Assembly (NCBI GenBank): GCA_001443395.1
Contig: LDXK01000007.1
Location: 1 to 20,196, forward strand
Length of the DNA stretch: 20,196 nucleotides
Origin: a candidate division WWE3 bacterium CSP1-7
GTDB taxonomy: Bacteria; Patescibacteriota; WWE3; 9FT-COMBO-53-11
Reading direction: 5' to 3'
Part shown: one piece after another, positions 17,265 to 20,196 of the stretch
Numbering within the stretch: position 1 is the first letter of the stretch
Layout: each line of letters begins with the position of its first letter
Made by a program: the position numbers and the translations under genes
The notes under the pieces: generated by a model
The model's input: the letters and a program-made list of their open reading frames with translations, nothing else
Told to the model about the DNA's origin: nothing
The model's database searches: none

Positions 17265-17794
17265 GCACCACGGTTGTTGTTCCTGCCAGAGACTACATTA
17301 TCCCAGTAAGCAAGGACAGGGACCGGACATATACGACGACGTACACCACGGGGCTACTGAAGATCAATGCCACGGACTATCTGCTCATCAAGAACGAGAC
17401 CCTGCTTGCGGAGATAGTGGTTGGCCCCTATGCTCTCCAGACATCCCTAGATAGTCAACCAAGCTCCCCCGATTATCTGGAGTTCCTGGTGGATGAAACG
17501 GCCGGATACACGCTGACCGTGACCGGCACGGATAACAACAATGTGGCCCAAACAGAAGTCCTCACTATCGGCGCTCATGCCGGCGATCCGGTTCGCTACA
17601 CAACCACAAAGATTTTCAAGACGGTGGATGTTAATGGCCTATCTCTAACGGCGTGCAACGGAACTCTTTCATGCGTGGCCAGAGATATGCTCATCCTCCA
17701 GGACACCTCCGGCACACCCATATTGGCGCCATCAGTTACAGTGCCATTCCGGGACTACACCATCCCGGTTCCCGAAAGGTTGACCAATGGCTGA
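17261..17794 (+). CDS. Putative tail/fibre-associated protein (177 aa)
   Basis: GTGA overlap start at 17261; Thr-rich, with a VPxRDYxIPV motif at both termini. Confidence 0.55.
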   Translation: MSTTVVVPARDYIIPVSKDRDRTYTTTYTTGLLKINATDYLLIKNETLLAEIVVGPYALQTSLDSQPSSPDYLEFLVDETAGYTLTVTGTDNNNVAQTEVLTIGAHAGDPVRYTTTKIFKTVDVNGLSLTACNGTLSCVARDMLILQDTSGTPILAPSVTVPFRDYTIPVPERLTNG

Positions 17795-18515
17795 CTCTGA
17801 ACTCCAGGATTTGACCGCAGATACCGCACCGGCATCCGGCGATGTTGTCTACGTCGTTGTTGACCCGGCCGGCACACCTCTGGCCCGGAAGATGACGGTC
17901 GACAATCTACTGAAGGCTATCAACATCCTGTCGGCGGATACGACACCAGGTACGGCCGACCTTGTGGTGACGATTGATGACCCGTCCGGAACTCCGGTAG
18001 CCAAGAAAGCCACCATCGCCAACCTGATGAAGGCGTGGTTCCTGGACTCGGAGGGGAACCCGGCAGACGTCGTAACCCTGACAGCGGCTGATGGAACAAG
18101 CATCTATGCGGCACGCAGGGACCACGTTCATGCGGCAGCATTGATCCGCCATGTTTGCATCGAGGTTGTGGACAAGGACACTGCATTGACCACAGGGGAT
18201 GGCAAGAAGGCATTCCATATTCCGCCTGACATAACGGGCTACAACCTAGTCTATGTCCATATGTTTTGTCTGACGGCCAGCAGCAATGGCATTCCCACTA
18301 TTCAGGTGCGAAACCAGACAGACACCCAAGACATGCTGAGCACGAAGTTGACCATCGACCAGGGCGAGACGGACTCGAAGGATGCTACTGCGGCCGCCGT
18401 CATTGACACCACAAAGGACGACGTGGTGACGAATGACATCATCGCCCTGGACTGCGATGTGGCGGGTACGGGCACAAAGGGCCTGTATGTAACGCTGGGG
18501 TTCCAGAAGCCATGA
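17787..18515 (+). CDS. Tail fibre-like protein with two 39-aa repeats
   Basis: LTADTAPASGDVVYVVVDPAGTPLARKMTVDNLLKA and LSADTTPGTADLVVTIDDPSGTPVAKKATIANLMKA, then ARRDHVH (fibre HxH motif) and a C-terminal beta domain ending GTKGLYVTL. Confidence 0.7.
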   Translation: MADSELQDLTADTAPASGDVVYVVVDPAGTPLARKMTVDNLLKAINILSADTTPGTADLVVTIDDPSGTPVAKKATIANLMKAWFLDSEGNPADVVTLTAADGTSIYAARRDHVHAAALIRHVCIEVVDKDTALTTGDGKKAFHIPPDITGYNLVYVHMFCLTASSNGIPTIQVRNQTDTQDMLSTKLTIDQGETDSKDATAAAVIDTTKDDVVTNDIIALDCDVAGTGTKGLYVTLGFQKP

Positions 18516-19306
18516 CCTACGCAACCGGTGGTACGATTAGTGAAGTCGGGGGGAAACGCATCCACACTTTCAATACCGACGACAACTTCGTTGTCAGCGT
18601 TGCCGGTGATGTCGAGGTTCTCGTCGTTGCTGGCGGTGGTGGCGGCGGAGTGGGCTATGGAGGCGGTGGAGGCGGTGGCGGTATCCAGTACAATGCGGCT
18701 TTTGCGGTAACGGTTCAATCCTATGCTGTCGTCAGAGGCAACGGAGGGGCGGAGGGTGGAAATCCGGGCGGAACAGGGAACAATTCCACCTTCTCCACCA
18801 TAACCGCGAACGGGGGCGGTGGTGGCGGCGGTCCTGATTTAAATGGCGTAAATGGAGGATGCGGGGGCGGAGGCGGCGGTTCGGGCGCATCCTCAAAAAC
18901 TGGGGGCACGGGGAATCAGGGCTACAATGGCGGCAATAACCAGCCGCAGGGAGGGGTCGGCCCCGCGGGCGGCGGTGGGGGTGGCGGATCGGTAGGGCAG
19001 AATGCGGCAGTGAACAATGCGGGGAATGGCGGATCAGGTGCGTCATATAGTATCTCTGGAAGTGCGGTTGCCTACGCGGGCGGCGGTGGAGGGGGAATCA
19101 TTGGACAAACTGCCGGCACCGCGACGGATGGCGGAGGAGCAGGGAGCAATTCGACCACCGGGGCGGCGGGAACTGCTAACAGGGGCGGTGGCGGTGGCGG
19201 CGGCGGTGGCGGTACCGCCAGCGGTGGGGCAGGCGGAAGTGGTGTTGTGATTATCAGCTACATACCAACCGCTGCTGCCGGTCAATCCATCATGTGGTGG
19301 TTCTGA
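18512..19306 (+). CDS. Glycine-rich fibre tip/adhesin-like protein
   Basis: HTF...VEVLVVAGGGGGG...GGAGGSGVVIISY architecture typical of phage glycine-rich domain proteins. Confidence 0.8.
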   Translation: MTYATGGTISEVGGKRIHTFNTDDNFVVSVAGDVEVLVVAGGGGGGVGYGGGGGGGGIQYNAAFAVTVQSYAVVRGNGGAEGGNPGGTGNNSTFSTITANGGGGGGGPDLNGVNGGCGGGGGGSGASSKTGGTGNQGYNGGNNQPQGGVGPAGGGGGGGSVGQNAAVNNAGNGGSGASYSISGSAVAYAGGGGGGIIGQTAGTATDGGGAGSNSTTGAAGTANRGGGGGGGGGGTASGGAGGSGVVIISYIPTAAAGQSIMWWF

Positions 19307-19644
19307 TGCCCACCAACGGTTCCCGCGTCACCCAGAAGCAGCTATTCGAAACCGTCATGGAACTCGACGGTAAGCTATCATCCAAGATGGACAACATCCT
19401 GGCGCAGGTGACCTCGAACAGGGTAGCCAATGCGGGGGAATACGCCTGTCTCCAGGAGGGTCTCAATAGCCTCAAGACACGCCTGGAGGGAAAGGGGGGC
19501 CTGATTGACCGGATAGACAGAATCGACGGGAAGGGGGGACGCCTGACAGTCCTTGAGCACAGTGATAGGAAGGTTGGCTTCTGGGCCAGCCTCATTGGGG
19601 TCGTTTCGGCTGCCATAGCCGGAATACTTGCAAGTCGGAATTGA
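19306..19644 (+). CDS. Coiled-coil protein with C-terminal transmembrane helix (holin/XhlA-like)
   Basis: TGATG-coupled ATG, heptad-like region, and hydrophobic C-terminus VGFWASLIGVVSAAIAGILA. Confidence 0.55.
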   Translation: MPTNGSRVTQKQLFETVMELDGKLSSKMDNILAQVTSNRVANAGEYACLQEGLNSLKTRLEGKGGLIDRIDRIDGKGGRLTVLEHSDRKVGFWASLIGVVSAAIAGILASRN

Positions 19645-19656
19645 ACGTGCTATAAT
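19628..19656 (+). promoter_or_regulatory. Near-consensus sigma70 promoter with extended -10
   Basis: TTGCAA (19628-19633), 17-nt spacer, TGcTATAAT (-10 at 19651-19656). Confidence 0.8.
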
Positions 19657-19664
19657 CTCTCCAC

Positions 19665-19836
19665 GGGCCGGGCCTGGAGGGCCAGGAGAACGTAGGTTGC
19701 TGCAAGCCGCCAACGGTGCCCATCACCGGCGGCCCAAAACTTCGCCCGACTGCTCCACTGGGCAACCAGAGCGGTGATGTCGTGCGGCGAGATGCTAAGC
19801 ATCCCGCAATGCAGATGAGCTGGAGCCCCGGCCCCA
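19665..19836 (+). ncRNA. Candidate ~170-nt structured RNA of unrecognised family
   Basis: Starts 9 nt after the -10 box. Closing stem GGGCCGGG/CCCGGCCC, four internal hairpins including one with a GCAA tetraloop, and no convincing ORF. Confidence 0.55.
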
Positions 19837-19857
19837 TTCACAATCTCGGCACTGGAG

Positions 19858-19931
19858 GTTTACAATCAGACGCAGCTGAAGTTTACAATCAGCCAGGCTT
19901 GTAATCGTCGATACAATGTATACACATTGTA
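19858..19931. repeat. Operator-like direct and inverted repeats with a TACAA core
   Basis: GTTTACAATCAG at 19858-19869 and 19881-19892, inverted TTGTAA at 19899-19904, and palindrome TACAATGT-ATAC-ACATTGTA at 19912-19931. Confidence 0.65.
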
Positions 19932-19967
19932 GTCATCCGCATAAGAAAGGCAGTCAAAGGAGATAAC

Positions 19968-20153
19968 ATGAAGAAGTTCTACGCCAGCAAGAGCTTTTGG
20001 TTCTTCGTTCTCTCGATCGTTGTGGCCGTGGCTGGCCTGTTCGGCTTTGCTGATTTCCAGCCATCGGCAGACCAGGCGACGATCATCGCCCTGGTTGTGT
20101 CAGTTGGGGGCCTGATCCTACGGTTCCTGTCCAGCAAGGGCATTGAGCTCTGA
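19968..20153 (+). CDS. Small two-TM holin-like protein (61 aa)
   Basis: Strong SD AAAGGAG. N-terminal KKFYASKSFW, two hydrophobic helices and an LRFLSSK tail, typical of small phage holin-like proteins. Confidence 0.7.
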   Translation: MKKFYASKSFWFFVLSIVVAVAGLFGFADFQPSADQATIIALVVSVGGLILRFLSSKGIEL

Positions 20154-20163
20154 TAGTTCGTGT

Positions 20164-20196
20164 CATGTAACTACCCGTTCAATAGGTAGTTACATG
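20164..20196 (+). terminator. Perfect 12-bp inverted repeat after the holin-like gene (possible terminator)
   Basis: CATGTAACTACC-9 nt-GGTAGTTACATG. It runs to the window edge, so any U-tract cannot be seen. Confidence 0.5.

Larger units (their letters stand above)
1..20196 (+). mobile_element. Tailed phage/prophage late (morphogenesis and lysis) region, podovirus-like
   Basis: Co-oriented, tightly coupled genes: scaffold, major capsid, adaptor, nozzle, fibre and holin-like proteins. No tail tube, sheath or tape measure gene is recognisable between head and fibre genes. No host housekeeping genes or integrase are in the window, so free phage versus prophage cannot be decided. Confidence 0.9.

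Noticed and set aside
18630-19245. GGC/GGT triplet runs resembling a microsatellite or repeat array
   Set aside because: Explained by polyglycine coding with mixed synonymous codons.
19665-19836. tRNA/tmRNA call from the closing stem ending in CCCA
   Set aside because: No T-loop (GTTCRA) next to the 3' stem, no anticodon arm and no tag reading frame recognised.
45-19841. Many minus-strand and alternate-frame ORFs in the six-frame track
   Set aside because: Almost all lie within a continuous, coupled + strand gene chain and show no recognisable motifs; they are typical shadow ORFs of GC-rich DNA.
19858-19892. Possible mini-CRISPR array
   Set aside because: Only two exact 12-nt repeats with an 11-nt spacer, far too short for CRISPR, and no cas genes in the window.
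19716-19904. 62-aa + strand ORF in the intergenic region
   Set aside because: GTG start without a convincing SD and no protein-like features; the sequence is better explained by RNA stems and repeats, though translation is not excluded.
1-20196. Stop-codon reassignment or a diversity-generating retroelement
   Set aside because: The standard code gives dense, unbroken genes ending in TAA, TAG and TGA; no reverse transcriptase or template/variable repeat pair was seen.

Overview
This 20.2-kb window is a fragment of a tailed, podovirus-like bacteriophage (or prophage) late region, with all credible genes on the + strand and mostly overlapping stop/start codons. The order is: a very large, probably 5'-truncated internal/ejection-type protein; a sigma70-like promoter; scaffold; a small protein; an N4-gp56-like major capsid protein; and a decoration-like protein. 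A ~6-kb enzyme cassette then sits inside the morphogenesis genes (GT2-like glycosyltransferase, two pentapeptide-repeat paralogs with coiled-coil partners, NeuA-like cytidylyltransferase, FkbM methyltransferase, a short NeuB-like synthase and a D-2-hydroxyacid dehydrogenase). After it come an adaptor, a nozzle, a DUF559-like nuclease, fibre genes, a holin-like gene, a second promoter followed by a ~170-nt structured RNA candidate and operator-like repeats, and a second holin-like gene. The most notable signals are: (1) a phage-encoded sialic-acid-like (nonulosonic acid) pathway placed where it could glycosylate the virion, (2) a 1389-aa protein with only 3 lysines and no cysteine, (3) a duplicated coiled-coil + pentapeptide unit, one copy fused to the glycosyltransferase, and (4) a promoter-linked structured ncRNA candidate. 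All calls are from motif reading only; no database search or folding program was run.
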